Below, piece after piece: positions 1 to 23,047 of a DNA stretch of 64,000 nucleotides (its first letter is position 1; each line of letters starts with the position of its first letter). Location: assembly GCF_964355755.1 (NCBI RefSeq), contig NC_092670.1, forward strand, positions 19,516,795 through 19,580,794. Reading direction: 5' to 3'. A program made the position numbers and the translations under genes. The notes under the pieces were generated by a model. It was given only the letters and a program-made list of their open reading frames with translations, was not told where the DNA came from and ran no database searches. This DNA comes from Antedon mediterranea (Eukaryota; Animalia; Echinodermata).

Positions 1-68
1 TTATTTTAAACAATGTATACTGGTTGCGCTTTTCTGATAATTCTTATTGTGCACTTTGATTTATATAG

Positions 69-2259
69 ACTACTAATGAAAGCAGTTTGCGAACAGTTGG
101 GAGTGCTGGAAGGAGAAGTGGGGAAACAAAATTTTACCCATAACATAGAGCTATTAGAGCAACGCAAATATGCTATGGCTGGTAGTTTCGTTGCATGGAG
201 TCTATTGCATGGAGGTCCGGGCTTACCAACTTTGCAACCAGAGCTTTTCAAGCTAATGTGTGGGTTAAAGTCAAATGGATTTTCGGACGTTAATAGTGTG
301 TGTGACATAGATGTCCGAGGCAAGATAGCAAAGGCAAGTGATTTTCGTTTACCATTCTAACAACAAGGCATCAAATAACTTATGGGAATATGTGTTATGT
401 TAAAATATTCTATACGTTACCTAACGGACTTTTTATTTATAACATTTTTAAATGGGACAAGAAATGTTATTAATTTAACTTTTACTATTAAAATAGCAAA
501 AGTTAAATTAATACAATTTTTTTTTTACATTTTTTTAAACATAAATTTTGTTATTTACGGTCTGATTATTTTTTAAAACACGTAGGCCTACAGTAACCAC
601 AATCAACTTATTTAACCCAAACCTAATAGGCCTATAATGCACGCGGCAAAACGTGTAGACCTACATTGTCTTTTATCACACGTGTAGGCCTAATAGGCTT
701 ACGATGAATTTGTATTACATTTTTGTATATTTGTAAAGAATTTGATTACAGTATCTTTTTATCCAGATTGCAAATTGCCAAACGACGGATGAGTACCGTA
801 CTATTTCACATGAATTATCGGATTGGGCGGCAGATCAAGGAGTCATGACGTTGTATAACTCGGATTTCAATCAAAAACAACAAGTCGTGTCAAGTCTGTT
901 AAAGCATTTTTTGTTTTACAGGTAACGTAACAGGCCTAATAATGATAATATATTTTAAGCACATGGTTATTCAGTGTTAGACGCGGGTAAACTAGATATA
1001 GATATGTATGTATGTAAACAATTAGTTACTAGCCCTTTTTAATCCAAGAAATAGTACGGTATCATTATGCATATTTCCTTAAGGAAAATCACAAGGGGTT
1101 AAGTCTAGTTCAGGACAGGAGAAACATTTTGGCATTAGGATTTAAAAGCATCGTGAAGGAAAATCCATCGAAATCCATCCAAATGAAATTCTCCTTTGGT
1201 TTTTATTTGTCGGTTGACGGCTGCTCTGGGTGATTCTTCTGTAAAATTGCTGAACTTTAAATCAAGGCTTGGAATTATTGTACAGTTCGTATGAATGTGA
1301 ACACATTTTATTTGCTAATTGTGATTATAATTTACATGGTGCATTCATTTTCTCCTAATCTAGAACACATAGTGAAATCCGACAGTTCACTGAAGGATTG
1401 GGAGTACTTTGGGAAAACGTAAGAGATTACCCAAACCAATTTGTCCCACTTTTCACTCTGGAGGGGAAAAGACTGACACGGCAAGTACTAAAGACACTAA
1501 TGACAGTTGAATATTCAGAGGCAGGCTCCAATTTACGAAGTCAAGAGGAGGACACAGTGTATTGTCTGGAGGTTTTCTTACAAGAGTCGGAAGGTATTGT
1601 ATACAGTATTTATATCTTTATTTTAATGTAAACTAAAGTAAACTCTAGATGGGGCGTTACATGCAGGGGGGAGGGGAGGGGTGTTGAGATACCCCCCCCC
1701 CCCCCAATCCTTCGGGCTGAGAATGAATATCCAAAGTAAAATTAGGTACCCCCAGGGCTCGAAACGAAACGATACAATACCGTATTTCCTTACAGTTATA
1801 TAATATAGCCCTTCGAGAGAGAAACAAGGTTGTGTGTATTCACGAACAAACTTTACCTTGAAGAACTATACCGCTATACCCTATTTGTAATTCCTTGTAC
1901 CAAAACGAAAGTATGCTAATAAGAGCGGTGAAAGGGTAAATGGTAGACGAAAAAAGTATACATTTTTTATTTCATAATGTTTAACATTTTTATTTTTATG
2001 CATTTTAGATAAAAAGACCAAGACATCCCTTGGAGACTTCCTAACATTTGTTACTGGTGCTGACTCAATTCCCCCTCTTGGTTTTAGCAACCAGATACAT
2101 ATAAATTTTTTTAGTAAGGAGCGAAAGATGAGAGGTTACCCGACAGCCAGTACATGTGGGTTGGATTTACACCTCCCCCGTGGATATGACGATCCATTGG
2201 AATTCACAACTCTAATGGAGGAAGCCATCATAAATGGCAAGGGTTTTGGAAAACTTTAA
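69..2259 (+). CDS. G2E3-like HECT-domain E3 ubiquitin ligase, 3' part (5' end lies outside the window); probable second gene of the transposon
   Basis: Exons 69-333 (GC-AG intron, donor AAG|GCAAGT), 767-921, 1364-1593 and 2009-2259 splice in frame. Motifs include SLLHGGPGLP, LTFVTGADSIPPLGF, the catalytic-Cys motif YPTASTCG and a C-terminal GFGKL*, all typical of G2E3-type HECT C-lobes. Confidence 0.85.
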
Positions 2260-2607
2260 AGATGTATTGTCCCCCAAAATCATGAAGAATAAAGATTTTT
2301 TAAATCTGACTTTGAATAGGCCATTTTGCAGTTTTAATGAAGTTGTTTCCATAAGAAAAAAAAACGAGAAAAAAAAATTATTTCACCTATAGAAAGACAA
2401 AACAGTTAAACAGTTAAATTACCCCAAAACTCATTGTCTTCCAGCCAATTTGACCATTTATTTGCTTTAAATTACAGTTTTCTTAGGTAAATAATTTTTT
2501 TTCAGACCCATTTTTTTGTGAAAGTGAAAAACTATTATGTGACATTAAAATAACATATTCAACAAAACAATTAAAAAAAAATATTTTTTCAGGGGGACAA
2601 TATATCT
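2260..2607. mobile_element. Non-autonomous Kolobok-like element (TTAA target-site duplication)
   Basis: TTAA|AGATGTATTGTCCCCC ... GGGGGACAATATATCT|TTAA. AG...CT termini with a TTAA duplication fit Kolobok. Related copies lie at about 46456-46754 and 51482-52023. Confidence 0.75.
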
Positions 2608-2931
2608 TTAAATTATGATCAAATTTTAGTAGCCAACAGTTTTGTAATTGTTTCAGAAATAAAATACTGTTATCAAAGTTTCAATAAACAAAATGTTGTT
2701 GTTAAATTACATCTGTTTTACTGTATTGTACAGCTACATAACACAATTCTGTCTGATCATCACCAACTGAACATAATACTATAAATATAATTGTTTATAT
2801 TGTATTCATTACATTGTGTTCGTTGCAATTCTAACTTTGTATTGGAAATAATATCACAGCGACAATTAATTAATAAAAAAACCGATTTATAACATGATAA
2901 TGTGATATCACGTGCTTGCTGTGGCATTTGA

Positions 2932-4286
2932 TCAGATGACGTCAAGAAACATATTTCTAAGACTGCTGTATAACTGCAAACCTTCATCACATGTTTTCGG
3001 CATCGATAGCTGCCTTTCTTCCAAGAATATGGAACATAAGTCGAACACCTCCTTATCGCATGGAATCTGGCTTTTGAAGATGGATTCACTTTCACAAACT
3101 TCAACTTTAGCCACATCAACGGGAATAATACACTCTTGTCCCCCGAATAAGTATGGTACATTGTACATCAATGTCGGGCGTCCAAACGGACCATGGCTAT
3201 TTCTCGATTTTGAGATGCGATGGGCATTCCACTCGTTTGCAACCGTGTCCAGTTCATCCTTTAAAAAAGGCAAATATATTGTAAAAACAAATAGTTTAAT
3301 GACAGTTTAGACCGTGAAAAAAAAAACAATATCGTAAATAAAAGAGGAGTGATTTAATTCTAGGCTAATATTGTTTGCTTTTCAAATTGTTGCGAAAGCC
3401 CAAATTATTATTATAATTGTCGTACTTGGGGACTATAATGCATAGCACACAATGTAATTGCTGTACTGCTTACCTGGATAATTTTCATAAAACAAAATTG
3501 TAATAAAGATTTGTCTATAAGACCTCCATCATATCTACCGTCATTCTTTTGTTGTTTAAAGGCGTCCATCCAAAACTGAGTAAAGTGTTTTCTGAGAATG
3601 CCCCACCAACTCTCAATTCGTTGATTATGCTGACTTGTTCCTTGTATAAAACTGCTGTTCTCATTACAAAGAAATTGCTGCATTGGACCAACAATAGAAT
3701 TTTCAGTTCCGAAATCTGTTCTAATAGACTTTGGACAACCCATTTTTTGGCGAACAGAATTTACGTAATAGCCGGCTATAACTTTTGGATTGCTGCTAGT
3801 AAAGTAAGCTTCTAGCCATATTATGTGTCTAGAGAATCCGTCTATACAGCCATTTATACAAATGCCGTATGGCTTAAGTTTGTCGTACGAGTCGATATGC
3901 CAGATATAGTTTGGGCCAGGTACATGATAAATTCTTCTGTGTAGTCGTCGTCTTCTTCTTGCTTCGACACCCTCTGGGTCAAGAAGGTTTAAAATTATTC
4001 TGACCGTCTCTTTATCTATGTTTAACCCATTTTGTGTGCAACGAATGTGCATCCACCTGTACCCATGTAGCATCCCTGACGTCTGTAATTGACTTTCAAT
4101 GAACGCAGCGACTTCCAGTTCGTCAGAATGCCGTTTTCTTCGACTAAGGCACATTTTTTTCAGCCTTCGCTTTAATGTTCGTTTACTTATCAAAATATCA
4201 TGATCTTCTGCTAACATTTCAATAATCTCTTGATAATTTAAGCTACGATTGAAATATAATCTAATCCAATGGTTTTCAGGACGCAT
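2932..4286 (-). CDS. DDE integrase/transposase (rve-like core, IS3EU-like), 2 exons, about 379 aa
   Basis: Exon 4286-3474 (CAG|GTAAG) and exon 3258-2932 join in frame. There is an N-terminal HTH-like region and an intact triad: WHIDSYDKLK (D), IRTDFGTEN (D), NQRIESWW (E). Confidence 0.85.
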
Positions 4287-4351
4287 GGTGACCAGATTGC
4301 ATTAGCTAAAGTAATCCGGGATGGTTGGGATGTCATTAGAAAGGGCAGAGG

Positions 4352-4870
4352 TCGAATTATTAATTCGAAATTTCGAATTATTAATTCGAAATAACGAATT
4401 AAAAATTTGAATTAACGAATTACTAATTTGAAATTTCGAATTATTAATTCGAAATAACGAATTACTAATTCGAAATTTCGAATTATTAATTCGAAATAAC
4501 GAATTACTAATTCGAAATTTCGAATTATTAATTCGAAATAACGAATTACTAATTCGAAATTTCGAATTATTAATTCGAAATAACGAATTACTAATTCGAA
4601 ATTTCGAATTACTAATTCGAAATTTCGAATTATGAATTCGAAATAACGAATTACTAATTCGAAATTTCGAATTAATAATTCGAAATTTCGAATTAATAAT
4701 TCGAAATTTCGAATTAATAATTTGAAATAACGAAATAAATAATTCGAAATTTCGAATTAATAATTCGAAATTTCGAATTATTAATTCGAAATTTCAAATT
4801 ACTTAAATAAATTCGAAATAACGAATTAATAATTCGAAAAAACGAATTAATAATTCGTTATTTCGAATTT
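4352..4870. repeat. Tandem array of about 21-bp palindromic units (TTCGAAATTTCGAATTATTAA / TTCGAAATAACGAATTACTAA)
   Basis: About 25 units are directly visible. Each contains the TTCGAA palindrome. Confidence 0.95.
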
Positions 4871-5506
4871 GTGAAAGCAATATTATTTTTTTGTTGGCCC
4901 TAATAGGCTTTCGTATATGACTATTTAGTGCGCTTTATCTTAAGAATAACAATGTATGAAAAACGAATACGAAAAGATTCATGGTTGTGTGGAGCATTAC
5001 CAAGCAGTGGATTAGTAAGTATGGAGAAATAATATTGACACAACACAACACAATATTATCATCATAGCATTAATGGTATTAAGTTGAGGGGTTCACCAAC
5101 AAATATGTGAAACTTCAATGTGTTAATATATCAACATTGTACTAATCATTTATACAGTAATTAAAATAAAAAATAAAAAAAAATTATAGACTCTTTACTA
5201 ATAAATAAACACTTTACCTGGCAATTCTTAAGCTCCGTCTACTATACATTCATTTGGTGTAAAATAGAAAAATCACAATTTAAATATATATATATATCTA
5301 TAAACATTTATAATAAATTTATTACAATAAAATTAAGAATAAAATTAATTTTAAAGAACTATTTTAATAGTAATAATTAATACTGTTTAATCAAGATTTT
5401 AGGAGGATTCATCACCATGACATCATGGTTATGGACATTTAACGGTAAGTTGTAAGGAATGTATCTAATCACAACGTTGACTGTATAAACTTCATAAATA
5501 TTCTAA

Positions 5507-5667
5507 AACTCTGTCTACACTATCGAACTTTATGTGACAAAACATGTAATGTCCCCATATATGGACATGGTTATGTCATATCACTACCATATTCGGGTAT
5601 ATACCATATTTGGGAACGTCACATCAAACATTTTTTTTCAAACTTGTTTGATAGTGTAGACAAAGCT
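5507..5667. mobile_element. MITE, AGCTCTGTCTACAC-TIR family (PIF/Harbinger-like)
   Basis: TIR CTCTGTCTACACTATC ... GATAGTGTAGACAAAGCT with TAA/TTA flanks. Confidence 0.7.
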
Positions 5668-5839
5668 TTAAATTCCCCTTTTTGGTCAAATTCTTTATTG
5701 AGGAGAAAGGTACTTTTTCAGTTAACATGGTGTTTTACTTGCTAGGCCGACTGGAGGTTGTATTAGGCCTACTCACTGGTTGTATGGGAGAGTGTGAACA
5801 TGAGAAAGTGCTGTATGGACACTTGGCTGGAACTCGTAA

Positions 5840-5992
5840 AAGCTCTGTCTACACTTTCAAACTTTATACAACAAAAAATGTGATGTGCCATATATAGACA
5901 TGATGAGGACTACTATATTTAAGCATATCACTACCATATTTGGGTACATCACACTTTTTTGTCACATAATGTTTGATAGTGTAGACAGAGCT
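5840..5992. mobile_element. MITE, AGCTCTGTCTACAC-TIR family
   Basis: AGCTCTGTCTACAC ... GTGTAGACAGAGCT. Confidence 0.75.
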
Positions 5993-7107
5993 TAAGGAAG
6001 GCAGGCCTCACAAGTAACACAAGACTGTACTCAACTACTACTATAGTACTACTACTAATACTCATTACTCTTTCCGTTAATAATATTGGATAGGTATTAC
6101 AAAGCACTCCAATGCGTATATATCACATTTTTGTACTTAACATATATAAATGATATTTGTTTTATTGGTATCTACTGACTAAACTTCAGCTTTTTATCTT
6201 ATATACAGACAGAAATAATTACAACAAATATTAGACCAATCTATATAAATGGAATTGAAACTATATACGATGGTAATGCAACGTTTTACAAATACTGTAT
6301 AAAGACAAATATTATTAAGGATTTATGATGTGAGGTACAACTGCAGTAACAATTATAGGAAATGTTATACTTTAAACACATGCTTTATATCCCTTTACAG
6401 TAATATGAATAAGTACACATTGAAGACCAAAGCAGTGCAGTTATTGCTGCAGTAAAACGAAGATAATCTTCACTGCTTGATAAATGCAGTCATTTAAAAA
6501 TTGCAATACAGTAACATCTCTCAAGTAAACAAATACAAATTCTGAGATTTAAATCAATCAATATATATCCTAACATAGAGGGTGGTAAAATATATGTTCA
6601 AACATTGTAAATTACATTGTAAAACATTATTCCCTTTTTTAGTACTGCAATCGGCCTAGTTTAGTCAGTCTAAATAGTAGATTTATGCAGGAGAGACCAC
6701 TAAAAATATAGTGAAACTCATGCATGGTTAATTCATTTAAAATGACTAACTGTACTGCAGGCCTAGTATGCTTTAATTTGTTTAGTAAACTATTTTACTC
6801 ATGGTCTTGTATGGAATTGATAAAACAACCTTAGTTTTATCAGTGAATTTTATTGTGAATAAATAATTATTAAGAATATTTTGAATAATAATATTTTAAT
6901 GGGAGATGTTACTGCAATTGAAAATCATCAATTTCATATTTTCCATAAAAATGTTTCACCAACAATTAGTTACAACTCTCTTTATCAACTGACAAAGAAG
7001 AAATATTCAAATATTATAAATACAATATTGCATATAAACTCTTAAAAACACAATTCTATTAATAGAATCTTAATAACATTAAATTTTAAATCTCCTTCAA
7101 GGCGTCT

Positions 7108-17595
<10,488 letters not shown>

Positions 17596-18237
17596 CTTGT
17601 GAAAAGAATCTTCTAATCTTGTTTAGTCTTTATCCAACAGAACAATCCTATGATTTGATTTTGAGACAGCGATTAGAGTTGCCTAGACCATGGACAAATA
17701 AGTTGAGCCTAGACCAACCTGTTTGTCTAAGTGTTGTTAGTTACTATACCCTGGGGTATTTTAACAATACTGTGAAAAGCAAATATGAAAATAATAGGCT
17801 ACCATTGTGGAGATTTGCCATTTGATTTTACTAACCTTGACAAAGTAATTAATTAAATCAATTGATTGGTCTACAGAAGCTTTCATTTAAAATAATGTTA
17901 TTGTTAATAATATAATAATTGGTCTTTTTGTAAAACAATACCAATTACAAGAGTAGGCCTATCTATAGTTCCAGTAAAACAAAACGAGTCTTTATGACTT
18001 TCCCAATTAAGACGATTAAAAAGATAGTATAGTAGTAATATAGTAGTAATCAGTTCGGATGGATTACACAAACTCTGGATATCTTACAAACCAAAGATAT
18101 TGACATTAATCGTTACCATATTTCTTGTTACCAAGATACATTATCCAAATCCTTTTTAAATTATGTATTAATAATTAATAATCTAACATAACCCTTTTTA
18201 CTACAAATTACGGTTTCCTTAGCTACAGTGCAGTATA

Positions 18238-18665
18238 TGTTCTTATCTAGCTTAAGCATGTTCTCACCTAGCCTAAACATGTTCTCACCTAGCCTAAACA
18301 TGTTTTCACCTAGCCTAAACATGTTTTCACCTAGCCTAAACATGTTTTCACCTAGCCTAAACATGTTTTCACCTAGCCTAAACATGTTTTCACCTAGCCT
18401 AAACAGGTATTCACCTAGCCTAAACATGTTTTCATCTAGCCTAAACATGTTTTCACCTAGCCTAAACATGTTTTCACCTAGCCTAAACAGGTTTTCACAT
18501 AGCCTAAACAGGTTTTCACATAACCTAAACATGTTTTCACATAACCTAAACATGTTTTCACATAGTCTAAACAGGCTTTCACATAGCCTAAACAGGTTTT
18601 CACATAGCCTAAACATGTTGTCATCTAGCCTAAACATTTTTGCACCAAACCTAAACATGTTCTTA
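18238..18665. repeat. 21-bp minisatellite (CCTAGCCTAAACATGTTTTCA)n
   Basis: About 20 tandem units are visible. They explain the repetitive ORFs on both strands. Confidence 0.95.
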
Positions 18666-19165
18666 CTTAGACTTGTCAGTCTTGCTTCTACTTTTGAAGC
18701 TACATCCCTGGATGAACCTAATATTAATAATGAACTTGCTGAATGGCATAGTAAGGAACTCACCTTACAAGATTAATTGTCAAGGGCCGAGTGTTGACAA
18801 AATATGGTTGTACAAGACAACACATTTACCTACTGTACAGTAAACTAATGTAATTAAAATGAATGACATACACAACAAATCAAGACTAAATCTAATTATC
18901 TCATTATGGCCCATACTTTTTAATGAAGACTAAAAATAAATCAAATTAGAGAACATCTGTGAAACACATTTATATACCATATAATTTCAGAATTAGTTTG
19001 CAACGTGCATCAATACATATAATTAAGATGAAGACTATTGGAATATGAATGAATATGAATTACAGCATAGAGATATTATAGTTCACACAGTATAATATCT
19101 CTACAATTACAGAGTATTTTGAACCTTCTTAATATGTGGTAATAATACTTGCTGACAAACCTTAA

Positions 19166-19791
19166 AGTCCCCTTCCCTACGTTTTTTAGATCTAATTTAA
19201 GATCACAAACTATATTTAATGTAAAAATAATACTATATGGTCCTATTGCGATAACTTTTTTCGTCTTTAAACGGTTAAAAATGTGAAAAATAAGTCGATT
19301 CTAATAATTATAGCGGCCCGCTATAAATCCCAAAAGGCATTGCGCGCGGATTGATATTTTTGTTTTTCACCTGTAATTCGCCCACTTTTCGATCGATCGT
19401 GAGGCCAAAACAAATGGAAGACTCCTAACTTTTCAGCGAAAATACCGGGTTTTCCCCAATTTGTATCAACGGAGTCTGGCAAAAATAGAAAGACAATTAA
19501 TGCAGCAACTATACAACGTCAGGCTAGGTATATAGCTAGCGTATGATGTTTGTACGTTACCGATGTTTACCAGCTAGGCCTACAAAACTAAGCCTAGCTA
19601 GGCTAGGCCTAAGACCGTCCACGAGAGGTCGATCGCCGCAAGCTACTTAGGTAGTGCATTGTTTCTCACTTTTTATCATAATTTACCATAAAACGTACAT
19701 TTAAGACAAGGAATGACATGGTTTAATGTTTTTAAAGTGATATATATGTATTATTTTCCAAAAAACGTCCAAAATTGCAGGGAAGGTGTCT
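19166..19791 (+). mobile_element. Non-autonomous Kolobok-like DNA transposon, about 626 bp
   Basis: TTAA|AGTCCCCTTCCCTAC ... GCAGGGAAGGTGTCT|CTAA. A near-identical inverted copy lies at 53755-54382. Confidence 0.8.
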
Positions 19792-19794
19792 CTA

Positions 19795-19931
19795 AGCTCT
19801 GTCTACACTATCAATCAAACAAAAAACTGTGGTGTCCCTATATATATATACACATGATGATGTCATATTACCACCATATTTGGGCACATCAAACTTTTTT
19901 GTAAAATTGGTTTGATAGTGTGGATAGAGCT
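19795..19931. mobile_element. MITE, AGCTCTGTCTACAC-TIR family, abutting the Kolobok-like end
   Basis: AGCTCTGTCTACACTATC ... GATAGTGTGGATAGAGCT. Confidence 0.7.
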
Positions 19932-21302
19932 TTACTTTTGTTCAGAAGGGTTTGAAGGCACCAAACAGAAAATTGTATACCTAAATGATTTTTCAAAATA
20001 TTAATTTCATAGACTTAATATATATATATAGTATATATTAAATTAGTCCCAACCACCAACCAGCCAAAGTCTTTCGGTGATTACATGTTGATATGTTACC
20101 AGAGCTTATGTAATTGTTTAAGGTTTACTACAGTATCTATTTTAAGGAGTTGGATTTAAGGTTTGACAGAGAGCAACCTACAGTAGTGCCTAATGCTAAA
20201 TTCTACATTCATTTTTGTAACTGCAAATATTAAAGATCCCTATCAAAAATCATACAAGAATTGTTTGATTATGCTGTGACATTAAATATCTTGGCTTCAA
20301 GGTATCAAAGCAAGGTGAATTCATTCAGAATTGTCATATCTAATTATAATCACTATATTCATGTATTCTTCTACAGTGTAGGTACAGTAGATGATGGTAG
20401 GATAACCCTAGGCATGCTATATTTTAGACCTACTTTACAGTTGTCATCCATAATTATTGGTTGTAAATATTGTTGCTTTATTCATTTATTTGATTAAAAA
20501 ATAAATTAAAAGACTGCCAAACAATACATGTTTATCCATAAATATGTAAAAAAAACAGGGCCGCATGTCATTATCCAATTAAATTGTATTCACTCAAAAT
20601 ATTCATTTATTATTATATATATAAATAATACTTATCGGAATCCAGCATTTAATTCATTAGAATTCATTGAAATTCAGTCATCCATGTCTGACCAGGAATT
20701 GAATTTGTTTAACAACAAAACCTCCTAGGAGTATTATTAATTATTAAAATGTAATCACTAAAATTCGCAATGACTTTTTAGCTGAAAATGAGGATGCCTA
20801 TGACCTAGTAAGTCAGCAAGTCATTTCATCAAGCCACTCCTCCTGCACTATATGCGCAGTGTGGGGCCAGAGTCAACTTCTAGTAGGCCGGCTCTATATG
20901 ATGGCTAGCAAGCATGGACCATGGCTAGCCTAGAGGTAGCCTAGGCCTGGCCTAGCTCTTCTTTAGTCTACATCTCATTAACAACTCATATTTACAATTC
21001 ACAACACAATCTATACAGAACGCGCATTTTAAAATTTAAAACATACCTCAACCGAATTCCAAAAACGGTATTTCTATTCAATAACTAGCCTAGTTTTGTT
21101 CAGGGACAATACTGTACTTCTTGCAGACGAACTGATGTTCTCTCAGATCACCTGGCCTTCGCGCGACAACAGAAAAAGTGGACTGTCAACATTTCTCTTT
21201 TTGGATATGATGATCATCATCAGAGAATAATCGGACGCGGCGGACCGGAACGAAGCACAATAGAATAAAACATAATTATTGCCATTCTTGATTTATTGTT
21301 TT

Positions 21303-22150
21303 TAGTCATAGTCATATATACTTTATTGTCCATTTAAAAAACAGAAATGTGATTTGAAAACTGGCAAAATACAAAAATATAAAATACAATTTACAAAAAC
21401 ACACACAAAATTAAGAGGCTAAAAATTGTTAAAATTAGATAAAAATTATCGGTTACATTTTACCTTTGTAGGCTACTCTGGAGTTATATAGGCCTAAGTG
21501 TATAGCATTAGGTACAAACGAGCACCTAAACCGTTTTGTTTTGGTATTAAGTGCACGTAGTCTTATGCCAGAATTCATGAGAGCAAATTGTTTGTGAAGA
21601 GGATGTGTTTCATCATCAATGATACTTTTTACTTTTTTTAACACATTTTCTTTATGCAAGGATTCAACATCAGGTAAGTGCTCTCCTACTAGTCTAATTG
21701 CTCTAGGCCTATTTCCTATTCGATTAAGTTTAATTTTATCTGTTTGCATTGTATTACCATAAAAACAAACATTACAAAAAAGTATTACACTGAGAATTAC
21801 AGAGTTATAAAACAATTTAAGTATAGTTTTGTCAATTTGTAGGTACTTCATTTTTCTTAAAATAAACATCCTTTGGTTGGCTTTGCATGTGGCTTTATTT
21901 ACATTATTTATCCAATTTAGCTTATTGTCAATTATACAACCCAGATATTTGTACTCATTTACTACTTCAATCTCATTTTCATTTATAATCAGAGGTTCTA
22001 AGGGTTCTTTAATTTTCCTAAAATCAATTTGCATTTCTTTTGTTTTCTTTATGTTTAGTTTCAGGTTGTTATTGCACCACCAGTGATAAAAATCACATCC
22101 TAGTTGTCTATAGCTTGTTTCATCATTGCCAGTAATGTAGGCCTATCCAG
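21303..22150 (-). mobile_element. 5'-truncated non-LTR retrotransposon (Rex/Babar/L2-like RT C-terminus and 3' tail)
   Basis: ORF 22034-21453 reads IEVVNEYKYLGCIID...KANQRMFILRK...HPLH...RFRCSFVPNAI, the RT thumb plus DUF1891-like tail. The 3' end has AATAAA followed by (ATGACT)n. Confidence 0.8.
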
Positions 22151-23047
22151 TGATGGAAAATTATTATTAAATTTTGTATTAAATTTACATTTATATAATA
22201 ATTTATTTATACTGTATTACACTATAGGTTTTTTCTCTATGTCAATATCCATGTGTTGATAGATGTTTCTTATTAATGGTTGTATCATATCAGTTTTAAT
22301 TTAGTTTTTCTCTATGGATCAGTACGTTACGTTACGCTACGTTCCGACATTCTATCATCAGTATCCAGCAGTACAGTATCAGGCAAATTTTTACATAGCG
22401 CCATCATTAAATATTATGATCGAATCTATATATAAATTTACGTAAGGGCAAAATTCGGTAAATCGCGCCTTACTTCTAGAATTTTTACTCGATGGTATAT
22501 AAAGTTGGTTCGTACTTTCGGTACTGATTTTAACCACCTGATGTAACCCTGTTTACTAATTAAATTAAGTTAGATAATAAGTTATTGACGGTTAAAACGA
22601 ATTTAGGTTCCAAGATTTGCCCCAAATAGGGGTGTTTTCCGACCGTGGTATACACTGTATAATGGATGTCCGTCTTGAAAAATACCCGCCACAAAAATGC
22701 GAGGAGGCTTCGCATTTTCCTATCTCCTCCTACGATAATTGTTTTTAATAGCTGAAAACCGGTTGAGCAGCTAGAGTACACCATCATAATGTTGAAGACA
22801 GGCCGATTTTCTTTAAAAAATACTATTTTGATAGATTTAATATACGATTATACAAATCTATTGATTTGCGATGAATGGAACATCCCAATCTCTCAGTCTG
22901 CCATTGTTTGGTTTAACACAAGTACTGTAGGTAAATTTATGAGCCCTTGGTTTAACACATACGGTAGGTAAATATATGGGCCCTTTGAGAATAAACTTGC
23001 GAGATTGTGGATAGGCTCTACTGTTAGATATATAAACACATTATTAT

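Larger units (their letters stand above)
1..4915. mobile_element. Right part of an IS3EU-like DNA transposon carrying a HECT ligase and a DDE transposase
   Basis: Two convergent genes are followed by a subterminal tandem array and an end ...GGCCCTAATAGGCTTTCGTA, which reads TACG from outside. The superfamily assignment is from recall of IS3EU organisation and TAY termini. The left end is not visible. Confidence 0.55.

Noticed and set aside
2760-3815. Overlapping ORFs 2760-3161, 2912-3310 and 3549-3815
   Set aside because: They are antisense or alternate-frame shadows of the integrase gene.
4352-4870. CRISPR-like array
   Set aside because: The units are contiguous with no unique spacers, and the context is eukaryotic.
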